A stretch of 64,000 nt of DNA from an uncultured virus (IMG/VR IMGVR_UViG_3300031998_000055) (lineage: Duplodnaviria; Heunggongvirae; Uroviricota; Caudoviricetes), in IMG/VR virus record IMGVR_UViG_3300031998_000055, one strand, 5' to 3'. Each line of letters opens with the position of its first letter. The first letter of the stretch is position 1. Of this stretch, positions 26,432 through 34,351 are shown one piece after another. The position numbers and the translations under genes are program-made. The notes beneath the pieces are model-generated. The model saw nothing but the letters and a program-made list of their open reading frames with translations, was not told the DNA's origin and searched no databases.

Positions 26432-26472
26432 GTAATTTACAAATTTTTAAAGTAAATTACTTTTTCTTTTTT
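26432..26472 (+). terminator. intrinsic terminator after the candidate ncRNA
   Basis: GTAATTTAC...GTAAATTAC followed by TTTTTCTTTTTT. Confidence 0.55.
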
Positions 26473-26511
26473 CACTATCTGGTTAAAGCACCGACTCACC
26501 CCGGCCAAAGG

Positions 26512-26532
26512 AAAAAGCCCCCAACGGGGGCT
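26512..26532 (-). terminator. intrinsic terminator of the RNA polymerase operon
   Basis: AGCCCCC-GTT-GGGGGCT-TTTT on the minus strand, just after the stop at 26538. Confidence 0.75.
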
Positions 26533-26537
26533 CATCC

Positions 26538-27029
26538 TTATCTCTCTCCTTCGTCCTTTCCCCCCTCCCCCAGCCACGGCAGGGAGACGGCGGTGAACGG
26601 GTCGCGGGACCCCACGCACCACGCCTTCGCGAGGCCCTTGGCGGCGAGGCCGTTCCACGCGGCCAGGTAGTCCTTCCGGGCCCTCAGGCCGGATAGGGCC
26701 ATGAGCTCGGCGTCTTCGTAGCGGATCCTGCCGGTCGGGTGCGGGCGGGCCCTCGCGAGCCGCGCCATCGCGCGGAGCAATGAGGCCTCGTCCTCCGGCA
26801 GGGCCATCGCGGATATCAGGGTTTCGTCCCCCTCCCCGAGCGGCGGGATGGGGTCCCCCCCGGGGGCCGGCAGCCTCCCCTCCCTCCCCATGCGGGCGAG
26901 CGGCTCGGCGGCCTTGGCGGCTATCCCGGGCTCGAGGCCCAGGGCGGAGATCGCCCCGGCCAGCGCCTTGGCGTCCCCGGAGCGGGCGGCCTCCCCTATC
27001 GGGGGGAGGCCTGCCTTGCGGGCGCTCAT
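26538..27029 (-). CDS. hypothetical protein coupled to the RNA polymerase gene
   Basis: Distal part of ORF 26538..29075; MSARKAG start overlaps the RNAP stop (ATGA), with GGAGG RBS. Confidence 0.6.
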   Translation of the reverse strand: MSARKAGLPPIGEAARSGDAKALAGAISALGLEPGIAAKAAEPLARMGREGRLPAPGGDPIPPLGEGDETLISAMALPEDEASLLRAMARLARARPHPTGRIRYEDAELMALSGLRARKDYLAAWNGLAAKGLAKAWCVGSRDPFTAVSLPWLGEGGKDEGER

Positions 27030-29962
27030 TCGGAGCCCTCCCAGCCCTCGGCCGGGCCCAGTCCGTCGTAGTCCCCGAAGAGGGCGCGCATCAGGCGCTC
27101 GATGGCCATGTCGGCCTGGGGGGCGGCGGAAACGGGCGAGTAGCGGGCGCCCAGGTACCCGATGGGGCCCTCCGGGTCCGGCTCGGGGGCCATGGCGGCC
27201 CCGGGCGGTATCAGCGGGAGGATCGCGGAGTCGAGGGCGTCCCAGGCGAAGGCCCAGTCGAAGCCCTTCCTCTCCCCCTCCATGATGGAGCATGCGCGGA
27301 GGAGCTCCGGCGGGAGCACCCCGGCGGCCGACAATATCCCCCTGACGTCGGCCATCATGGCGTCCAGCGCCTCGGCGCGGGCGTCGGCGAAGGCGGCGTC
27401 CCCCGGGTCGGCCCCGGCCGCAGATATCGCGGCGGCGAGGGCCTTGGAGCGGCGGCGGCGGGACCATTCGCGGTACGCGGCGCGGGCCGCCTCCAGCTTG
27501 GCGGGGGGGAGGTCGATCCCCGGGTAGGTGGGGAGCATGGTGCCGCGCGCCTTGGCGGGGGCGCCGAAGCGGAGGTCGAAGTCCTCGGACTCGACGGCGC
27601 GGCAGAGCAGGTTCATGGCGCAGGGCGCGGTTATGAGGGGGCTGTACTTCTCGTAGCGGCGGACGAGGCCGTCCTGGTCCGGCGTGCGCTGGGCGCGGGG
27701 GATGGCCAGCAGCCTCTTGAACCGGACGCCGAACATGGCGAGGGACGCCTTGTCGTAGGAGGACTCGAACTTCCTGTGGAGGGCGTCGAGCTCCGGGTAG
27801 AGGTAGCGGAAGAAGTACGGCTTCTTGGATATGACGGTGGAGTTGCGGCGGTAGGCCTCGCGGACCTCCTCGGGGGAGGCGGAGGCGGGGTCGGGGATCG
27901 GCTCGTGCCTCTTCCAGCGGGTGGGGAGGTAGGGCTTGTCGGCGCCCTTGATGCGGTCGATCTCCTGGCCGACGATCTCGCGCTCGAGCTTTATGCGGCG
28001 GAGGAGCTCCGCGCGGCGGGGGTCGTCGGGCCTGAATATGGCGGCCATGGCGTACATGCAGGTGGCGGCGTTCGAGAAGCCGCCGACGCCGGTGCCGAAG
28101 CCCTTGATGACGGTGTCCGTGATGTTGCGGACGGTCATCTTGGCGGGCTTGGCGAGGCCCTTGTCGTAGGTTATGATGGGGTGGTCCTTGTTGGCGCCCG
28201 CGATGAACTGCGGGTTGTCGGTGACGAGGACGATATCGCCGTCGAAATCGCAGTCTTCGCCCCTGGCGGTGGAGGTGTCGTACGTGGAGAGGACGCACCC
28301 CGAGTAGAGGTGGGAGAGCCATCGGTCGGCCTCCCCGCACCCCACCATGCAGGTGGAGACGTTGTGCTCGTGCTGGTCGATCATGGGGGACCGGCAGACG
28401 TCCACCCACGGCCCGGGGCCGCATTGGCCCTTGGGGGGATCCATCGGGGGCTGGGGGGAATCGATGAGGCGGCGGCGCCAGTAGTCGCACCAGACGTGGT
28501 CGGCCGGGACGACGCCGACGGGGTCGAGCCCGAGGGCGGCCTGGCACTGGGCCACGGGGTCGGATATGAGGAACTGGTAGCTCCCCCTGACCCATATGCG
28601 GCCGAGCTTGGCGCGGCGGATCGCCTCCTGTATGTTCTTGCGGACCTTCCGGAGGACGTAGGGGTCCCTGAGGAAGGCGGGGTTCTTGGCGGCGGCCTTC
28701 ATGGCCGTCGTCTGGGCGCACGACTGCATGCGGCGCTGGGCGGACTCCGGGGAGGACCCGGGGTCGACGGGGCCGAGCATGTAGAGGAGCACGGCCATCG
28801 GGTCGCCGGAGCAGACGCGGTGTATCCACCCGACCGTCGGGCGGATGAGCTCCTGCAGCTGCTCCTTGGAGAGCGTGAGGGCCTGTATGTACTGGTAGTT
28901 GGCCTGCGTCATGTCGGCGTCCCGCTGCTTCGAGTAGCGGGCGACGCCCCAGCGGATGCGGCCGGCCTCCGCGTAGGAGAGGTACTCCTGCCAGGAGGAG
29001 TAGTATTTGTGGGTCTTGAACTGGGACTCGGACACGATCGCGTCGACCTCGTCGATCGGGTACTCGCGCCCCCATTTGTCCCTTATGGTCTCTATCCCGC
29101 GCTCATGGGCGTAGGCCCTGAAGTCGAAGGCGACGAGGTCGCCCTTGATGAAGCACGAGCGGGCGACGAACGTGCACGGGACGTAGGGGAGGTCCATGTC
29201 GCGGGCCCAGAGCTCGGCGAATCCGGGGTCGATCAGGCCCTGGCCGTCGGCGCAGTTGATCTCTATGTCCATGGCGCGGCGCTCGAGGCGGGCCTCCTCG
29301 TGGGGGTCGGCCGAGTCGCGGACTATGAAGTCGACGGGCTGGGCCGGGATCGTGCGGAAGAAGTCCTTCACGACGCAGACGCGGGGGGTGCGGACCCACA
29401 TGACGGACGAGAAGGACAGGGCGAAGTACGCGGTGTACTTGGCCAGGACGAATTCCTCGGTCTTCTCGTCGAGGCCGCAGTTGAGGGCCTTGCAGAGCGG
29501 GGCCTTGAGGTCCTCGCGTACGAAGGTCGCGGTGTTGCGGCGGATCTGGCCGGACCCGGAGCAGAGGTACACGTAATGGGCGCCGTTGAAGTCGAAGCCC
29601 TGGACGCAGAACGACCGGAAGTCGGACTTCTTGGCGTCCACGACGACGTTGACGACCTCGCGGACGAACATCCTCTGGTTCATGAGCTGGCGGTAGACGC
29701 GGGCCTTCGAGAAGTCGCCCTCGCGCTTGGACGCCTCCATCTTGCGTCGGAGGGAGGCGATCTCCGCGAATATCTCGTGGTGGTCCCTCTCGTCGCCCCG
29801 CATGTAGCGGAGCTGCTGGAACACCTGGTTGTCGCCTATGGACACGACGTTGCCGTCGCGGATGCCCATGGCGATGGTGTAGCCGTCGACCGAAAGGCCC
29901 GACGACGCTATCAGCGACGCGGGCAGCTTGAATATCTTGTAAAGGTTCTGGATTACGGCCAT
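27026..29962 (-). CDS. YonO-like single-subunit RNA polymerase (double-psi barrel, related to eukaryotic RdRP)
   Basis: 978 aa; GSGQIR, ADGQGLI, FIKG, ANYQYIQ and RSP motifs; catalytic DFDGD at 28235-28249; EIDRIKG and KKPYFF. Confidence 0.88.
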   Translation of the reverse strand: MAVIQNLYKIFKLPASLIASSGLSVDGYTIAMGIRDGNVVSIGDNQVFQQLRYMRGDERDHHEIFAEIASLRRKMEASKREGDFSKARVYRQLMNQRMFVREVVNVVVDAKKSDFRSFCVQGFDFNGAHYVYLCSGSGQIRRNTATFVREDLKAPLCKALNCGLDEKTEEFVLAKYTAYFALSFSSVMWVRTPRVCVVKDFFRTIPAQPVDFIVRDSADPHEEARLERRAMDIEINCADGQGLIDPGFAELWARDMDLPYVPCTFVARSCFIKGDLVAFDFRAYAHERGIETIRDKWGREYPIDEVDAIVSESQFKTHKYYSSWQEYLSYAEAGRIRWGVARYSKQRDADMTQANYQYIQALTLSKEQLQELIRPTVGWIHRVCSGDPMAVLLYMLGPVDPGSSPESAQRRMQSCAQTTAMKAAAKNPAFLRDPYVLRKVRKNIQEAIRRAKLGRIWVRGSYQFLISDPVAQCQAALGLDPVGVVPADHVWCDYWRRRLIDSPQPPMDPPKGQCGPGPWVDVCRSPMIDQHEHNVSTCMVGCGEADRWLSHLYSGCVLSTYDTSTARGEDCDFDGDIVLVTDNPQFIAGANKDHPIITYDKGLAKPAKMTVRNITDTVIKGFGTGVGGFSNAATCMYAMAAIFRPDDPRRAELLRRIKLEREIVGQEIDRIKGADKPYLPTRWKRHEPIPDPASASPEEVREAYRRNSTVISKKPYFFRYLYPELDALHRKFESSYDKASLAMFGVRFKRLLAIPRAQRTPDQDGLVRRYEKYSPLITAPCAMNLLCRAVESEDFDLRFGAPAKARGTMLPTYPGIDLPPAKLEAARAAYREWSRRRRSKALAAAISAAGADPGDAAFADARAEALDAMMADVRGILSAAGVLPPELLRACSIMEGERKGFDWAFAWDALDSAILPLIPPGAAMAPEPDPEGPIGYLGARYSPVSAAPQADMAIERLMRALFGDYDGLGPAEGWEGSE

Positions 29963-30039
29963 CCAAGCCTCCTTCTTCTATCGGTTATCGGTTGTATTCT
30001 GATTGGCTTGCGCCGGGCGCGCATCCCCCTCGCGTCCGG

Positions 30040-30459
30040 TCAGGCCTCCCAATCCTCCTCGTCGAAGGGCTCGGGCTCTTTGCCGAGGGCGTCGCCCTTG
30101 GCGTGGCTCCAGAGCTCCGGCGAGTCGGCGAACATGGAGAGGACGGTGTCCATCTCGCGGTCCGTCGAGACGACGTAGGTCGAGGTCGGCGGGAGGCCGT
30201 CGGGCACCGCCGGATCCTTCGACTGGTGCACGAAGTACGCGCTGTCGGGGCGGCCATGCCCATGGTCTATGACGGTCATGCGGTGGGGGGTCCCCTCCTG
30301 CGTGACGTAGAGGGAGAAGCCCGCCTTCGACGGCGGGAGGGAGCGCAGGTGCCTCACGGCGGCCATCGCCACCCTGGACAGGCGTATCCTCGCGTCCCTC
30401 TTCTTCCTTTTCTGCTTGCGTTCGATGGTATGCTGGTCGGTCAGGTCCATGTCTCTCAT
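30040..30459 (-). CDS. hypothetical protein upstream of RNAP
   Basis: Start refined to MRDMDL after AAGGAGG. Confidence 0.6.
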   Translation of the reverse strand: MRDMDLTDQHTIERKQKRKKRDARIRLSRVAMAAVRHLRSLPPSKAGFSLYVTQEGTPHRMTVIDHGHGRPDSAYFVHQSKDPAVPDGLPPTSTYVVSTDREMDTVLSMFADSPELWSHAKGDALGKEPEPFDEEDWEA

Positions 30460-30505
30460 GTCCTCCTTCGGCCCGGGGATGGGCTTGTTCGTTCTCGTTG
30501 CGGAC

Positions 30506-30534
30506 ATTATAGCGCGGATCGGGCCGGAGGTCAA
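30506..30534 (-). promoter_or_regulatory. sigmaA-type promoter for the RNAP operon
   Basis: TTGACC-17 nt-TATAAT. Confidence 0.7.
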
Positions 30535-30616
30535 GCCGGGCCGCTCGTTTTTTCCCGGAGGCCCTCCCTCCCCGGGGAAGGCGCGCGAAAGCCATGCGGC
30601 CTCGGCCTCTGTTTCC

Positions 30617-30645
30617 AGGATAAGGGGTTTCCGGGGCGGCGTCAA
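30617..30645 (-). promoter_or_regulatory. possible second leftward promoter
   Basis: TTGACG-17 nt-TATCCT. Confidence 0.45.
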
Positions 30646-30902
30646 GCCTTCTTTTTTGCGGATTGGGGGGACGAGCCCCGGTTTTCCCTTTTTGCAGGGA
30701 CCTTATTGGGGGTCGCTTTTTCCCTTCGGTCAAAAGCTCCCATATTTACCTTCCTCGCTTATGCTCGGATAGGTATCTTTTTAGTTTCTTTTTAATATTT
30801 TTCTTATTAACTCTTACCTTTACTATACTGTGGTATACATCGGTTGGGTTCCCATTGGGTACTGCGCATGCGCGCGATGCGGATGGATGGGAGCGGGCGG
30901 GC

Positions 30903-30932
30903 TTGACTCCGGGCCCCCGCATGCTGTATGAT
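30903..30932 (+). promoter_or_regulatory. rightward sigmaA-type promoter
   Basis: TTGACT-18 nt-TATGAT. Confidence 0.55.
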
Positions 30933-30963
30933 CGTGGCGGAACATCTCATAAGGAGGCGCCGC

Positions 30964-31764
30964 ATGATATTCGATTGGGAGGCCAACAGCATGAAGGTCC
31001 TGGCGGAGGGGAGGCTCTCCGCCTCGGACGACTGGGAGGCCAGGAGGGCGTTCGCCCAGGAGCTCGCGCTGCTCCGACACCTCATCTTCTCCAAAGGGAT
31101 GGGGAAGGCCGAGGCCAGGTCCGTGTGGGACGGGCTTTCGGGCGGGACCGCCGAGTCCCTCGCGTTCGACCCCCCCGCCAGGGACAGGGCGTTCGAGGCG
31201 GAATGGGAGGCCGCGTCTGGGGCCGGGCCGAACGAGCCGCTGCCCACCGTGGCGGTCACCCGGCAGGAGGCCGAATACCTCAATTCGCTCCAGGCCCCCC
31301 TCGACGTGAGGAGGTACTGGATCAGGCTCCTCGCGTACGTCAAGACCAAGAGGGCCATGGGGCGCACCCCCAAGGACGACCCCCGCGTCGACTCGTGGCT
31401 CATGAGGTCCGCCGGGATGCCCGGCAGGAGGGACGACGAGGTCAGGAGGGCCAGGATGTGGTCGCTCCGGTGCGGCGTGCCCTTCCCCCAGAGGGTGGTG
31501 CCCTACGCCGGCGGCGCGGTCAACGCGTACTTCCCCGGATGGCTGGGCGGCGACCCGGCCTGGGAGGGGAGGCTCGGCGAGTTCGATGGGCTCGATGAGC
31601 TGCTGGACCCCGGCTCGTTCCTGTGCCCGAGGTGCGGAACGCGGTTCGAGAGGGCCCCGAGGGCCAAGACGGATCTGTGCCCGGATTGCGCGGCCGAGGC
31701 CAGGAGGGAGGCCCAGCGCGGCAGGATGAGGGCCAGGAGGAAGAAGGATGTTATCGGGAATTGA
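30964..31764 (+). CDS. hypothetical protein with C-terminal zinc ribbon (possible transcription factor)
   Basis: CPRCG...CPDC; AAGGAGG RBS. Confidence 0.7.
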   Translation: MIFDWEANSMKVLAEGRLSASDDWEARRAFAQELALLRHLIFSKGMGKAEARSVWDGLSGGTAESLAFDPPARDRAFEAEWEAASGAGPNEPLPTVAVTRQEAEYLNSLQAPLDVRRYWIRLLAYVKTKRAMGRTPKDDPRVDSWLMRSAGMPGRRDDEVRRARMWSLRCGVPFPQRVVPYAGGAVNAYFPGWLGGDPAWEGRLGEFDGLDELLDPGSFLCPRCGTRFERAPRAKTDLCPDCAAEARREAQRGRMRARRKKDVIGN

Positions 31765-31863
31765 GGATTTATATAAGGTGGAAACGGGGAAGATGGGCGA
31801 TCCCATCCCGGCCCGTTGCGCAGGCCGCTTGCGGCCGACGGAAGCGAAAGGAGACGGATACCG

Positions 31864-33153
31864 ATGACTAAACAGGAATTCTGGCAATACGTCGAAGGCT
31901 TCGGGAAGAAGCCCGGCGAATTCACCGACGAGGAGCGCGAGGCGATCTGCCTCAAGGGCAAGACCGAGCTCTCCGCGAAGGACAAGGTCGGGTTCTGGGG
32001 CGAGCTGGCCGAGAGGCTCGGCGTCAACCCCGGCAACAGCCACAAGAAGGGCGAGGCCCTCAGGTGCTGGCTGAAGATGAGGCTCGCGAGGAAAGGCGAG
32101 CTCCCGAAGACCGTAACCATGCTCGACGGCAAGGTCATAGGCGACGCGGACGGGCAGTCCCTCGCCGCGATCGTGGCCGAGCAGAAGAGGGAGCTCTACA
32201 TGGCGCAGACCCTGGCCAGGGACGTCATGAACGAGTACAGGGACGACCTCCGCAAGGAGGCCAGGGCCCAGCTCCTCATCCGCGCCATACAGGAGGCGGC
32301 CGAGAAGATGCCCCCCCTCGGGTTCGAGCCGTATGAGAGGAAGGAGGGCGACGCCCCGTTCAGGGAGGCGGTCCTCGTCCTGTCCGACATGCACATAGGC
32401 ATGCAGATAAACAGCTTCTGCAACGTATACAGCGCCGACATCGCCACCAAGAGGATGGCGAAGCTGGTGTCCGACGTGGCCACGGAATGCGCCAGGTTCG
32501 GCGTGGAGACCCTCCACGTGCTCGACCTGGGCGACGCGATCCACGGCCTCATACACAATTCCGCGAGGCTCTCCCAGGAGTACGACGTGGCCGAGCAGGT
32601 CATGATCGCCGAGGAGCTCATCGCGGAGGCCCTCGCCAAGCTGGCGTCGGCGGTCCCCCACGTCACGTACAGGGGGTGCCTCGACAACCACAGCAGGATG
32701 ATGGCCAACTACCGCGACAGCAAGGACACGGAGAACTTCGGCCGGGTCATAGCCCATTTCCTCAAGGCGAGGCTCAAGGGCATCCCGTCCATATCGTTCC
32801 CCGAGGACAACCTCGACCCGTCCCTCGGGCTCCTGAGGCTCGGGAACGGCGAGAGCCTGATGTTCGCGCACGGCCACCTCGACAACCCGACGCAGGCCAT
32901 CCAGGAGATAGCCGGGATAGCGTCGTCGATGCCGGGCGGCCCGATCAAGGTGTCCTACTTCGTCGTGGGGCACTACCATTCCGAGAAATTGAAGTCCTAC
33001 CAGGGCTGCAGGGTGATCGTCAACGGATCCTTCTGCGGCACGGACGAATACGCATTGTCGAGGAGGCTCTTCAGCGCCCCCTCGCAGACCCTGCTCATCT
33101 TCAACGGCCAGAACCTGGTCGAGGAGAGGATAGGGCTGGACATACGCGCCTAA
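31864..33153 (+). CDS. metallophosphoesterase-fold protein (YonJ-like position)
   Basis: SDMHIG, LGDAIHG, DNH, AHGH and GHYH motifs; VNGSFCGTDEYA. Confidence 0.85.
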   Translation: MTKQEFWQYVEGFGKKPGEFTDEEREAICLKGKTELSAKDKVGFWGELAERLGVNPGNSHKKGEALRCWLKMRLARKGELPKTVTMLDGKVIGDADGQSLAAIVAEQKRELYMAQTLARDVMNEYRDDLRKEARAQLLIRAIQEAAEKMPPLGFEPYERKEGDAPFREAVLVLSDMHIGMQINSFCNVYSADIATKRMAKLVSDVATECARFGVETLHVLDLGDAIHGLIHNSARLSQEYDVAEQVMIAEELIAEALAKLASAVPHVTYRGCLDNHSRMMANYRDSKDTENFGRVIAHFLKARLKGIPSISFPEDNLDPSLGLLRLGNGESLMFAHGHLDNPTQAIQEIAGIASSMPGGPIKVSYFVVGHYHSEKLKSYQGCRVIVNGSFCGTDEYALSRRLFSAPSQTLLIFNGQNLVEERIGLDIRA

Positions 33154-33166
33154 GGGGGCGACGGGC

Positions 33167-34348
33167 ATGGACGGCCTAGCCGGGATGCTCGAGCCCGAGA
33201 TAAGCGAGATGATGGAGGACCCCGAGTCCTTCGCCGAGGCGGCCGCAGACATGGCGGAGGCCGAGGAGGAGGCGGAAAGGGGGCGCGCGGCCGGAGGGCC
33301 GTCGTTCTCCGAGTACAGGGGCGCCCCGTCCGAGACGGACAGGGAGGCCTACGAGAGGATCCTCAGGGAGGACCCCGCCGACGTGGCTGGGGCCCTTTTC
33401 AGATTCTGCTTCGAGCGCGACGTGTTCTACCATGAGAAGTACGCCAAGGCGTGCGCGTCGACTCTGGACGACGACGCCCTGAACGCCATGCCGCAGACGT
33501 ACCTCGACATGCTCTCGTCGGACCCGGCGTTCGACGGGCTGACCTTCTTCTCCCAGCTGAAGAGGGAGAACTTCGAGAAGGTCTATTCGGAGGACCTGAC
33601 GGTCCTCTCGCTGTCCGCAGAGGACAGGAAGAACAGGCAGCAGATCCTCAGCATAGTCAGCTACGATCCCTTCGAGGACGAGCCGGCTGAGGACAGGCCC
33701 CAGATGTACAGGGACCTGGCCGGCCTGCTCACGGACGCGATGCGCCGCGACATCCCCAAGAGGAACGCGGCGATCGAGATCGTCCACGACTACACCACCA
33801 TCGCGAGGTACCAGCGCCGCATGGCGCAGCTGGAGGTATCCGGCAACGACGACGACGAGACCCGCGAGAGGATAGACAACTGCATCAAGATGATCTCGAA
33901 GATGCAGGACACCATCAACAAGCTCACCAAGGAGAACGGCTTCTCCTCCGGCAAGGCCATAGGGGCCAACGGCAGGGGAGGGCTGTCCGATGTCATGGCG
34001 ATATGCGAGGAGCGCGGGTACGATCCCGCCGCGCCCAACATATACGACATGGAGACGTCGAAGGCGATCGAGGAGGTCGCCGAGATAAGCTTCCGGGCGA
34101 TGCTCAACCAGGTCAACCTGTCGGGCACCGACTACGCGGACATACTGACCGCGCAGTGCGAGAAGGTCCGGGAATACCGCGACGCGGCCCTAAGGGCCAT
34201 CGAGGCCAAGAGGCTGGCCGAGGAGAAGCTTGAGAAGCAGGCGATCCTCGAGGAATACCGGGCGGAGCTCGCCGCCAAGGGGATAAACGAGAAGGACATC
34301 ATGGAGATACTGTCTCAGGAGATCCATATGGTCAGCGGAGGCAAATGA
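33167..34348 (+). CDS. hypothetical protein upstream of terminase (possible small subunit)
   Basis: 393-aa helical ORF directly before TerL. Confidence 0.65.
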   Translation: MDGLAGMLEPEISEMMEDPESFAEAAADMAEAEEEAERGRAAGGPSFSEYRGAPSETDREAYERILREDPADVAGALFRFCFERDVFYHEKYAKACASTLDDDALNAMPQTYLDMLSSDPAFDGLTFFSQLKRENFEKVYSEDLTVLSLSAEDRKNRQQILSIVSYDPFEDEPAEDRPQMYRDLAGLLTDAMRRDIPKRNAAIEIVHDYTTIARYQRRMAQLEVSGNDDDETRERIDNCIKMISKMQDTINKLTKENGFSSGKAIGANGRGGLSDVMAICEERGYDPAAPNIYDMETSKAIEEVAEISFRAMLNQVNLSGTDYADILTAQCEKVREYRDAALRAIEAKRLAEEKLEKQAILEEYRAELAAKGINEKDIMEILSQEIHMVSGGK

Positions 34349-34351
34349 CCC

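Noticed and set aside
25404..26455. Short ORFs (65-101 aa) inside the hairpin-rich gap
   Set aside because: No RBS, atypical composition and mutually overlapping; a structured RNA explains the region better.
26538..29075. 845-aa Arg/Pro-rich minus-strand ORF overlapping the RNAP
   Set aside because: Alternate-frame artefact; only the last 163 codons look like a real gene.
26780..30178. 1132-aa plus-strand ORF (and similar long ORFs at 19581..21722 + and 30823..33252 -)
   Set aside because: Antisense shadows of real high-GC genes; no RBS or recognisable motifs.
30642..30743. 33-aa leftward micro-ORF (MGAFDRREK...) in the divergent region
   Set aside because: Has a plausible RBS but overlaps a promoter and has no other support.
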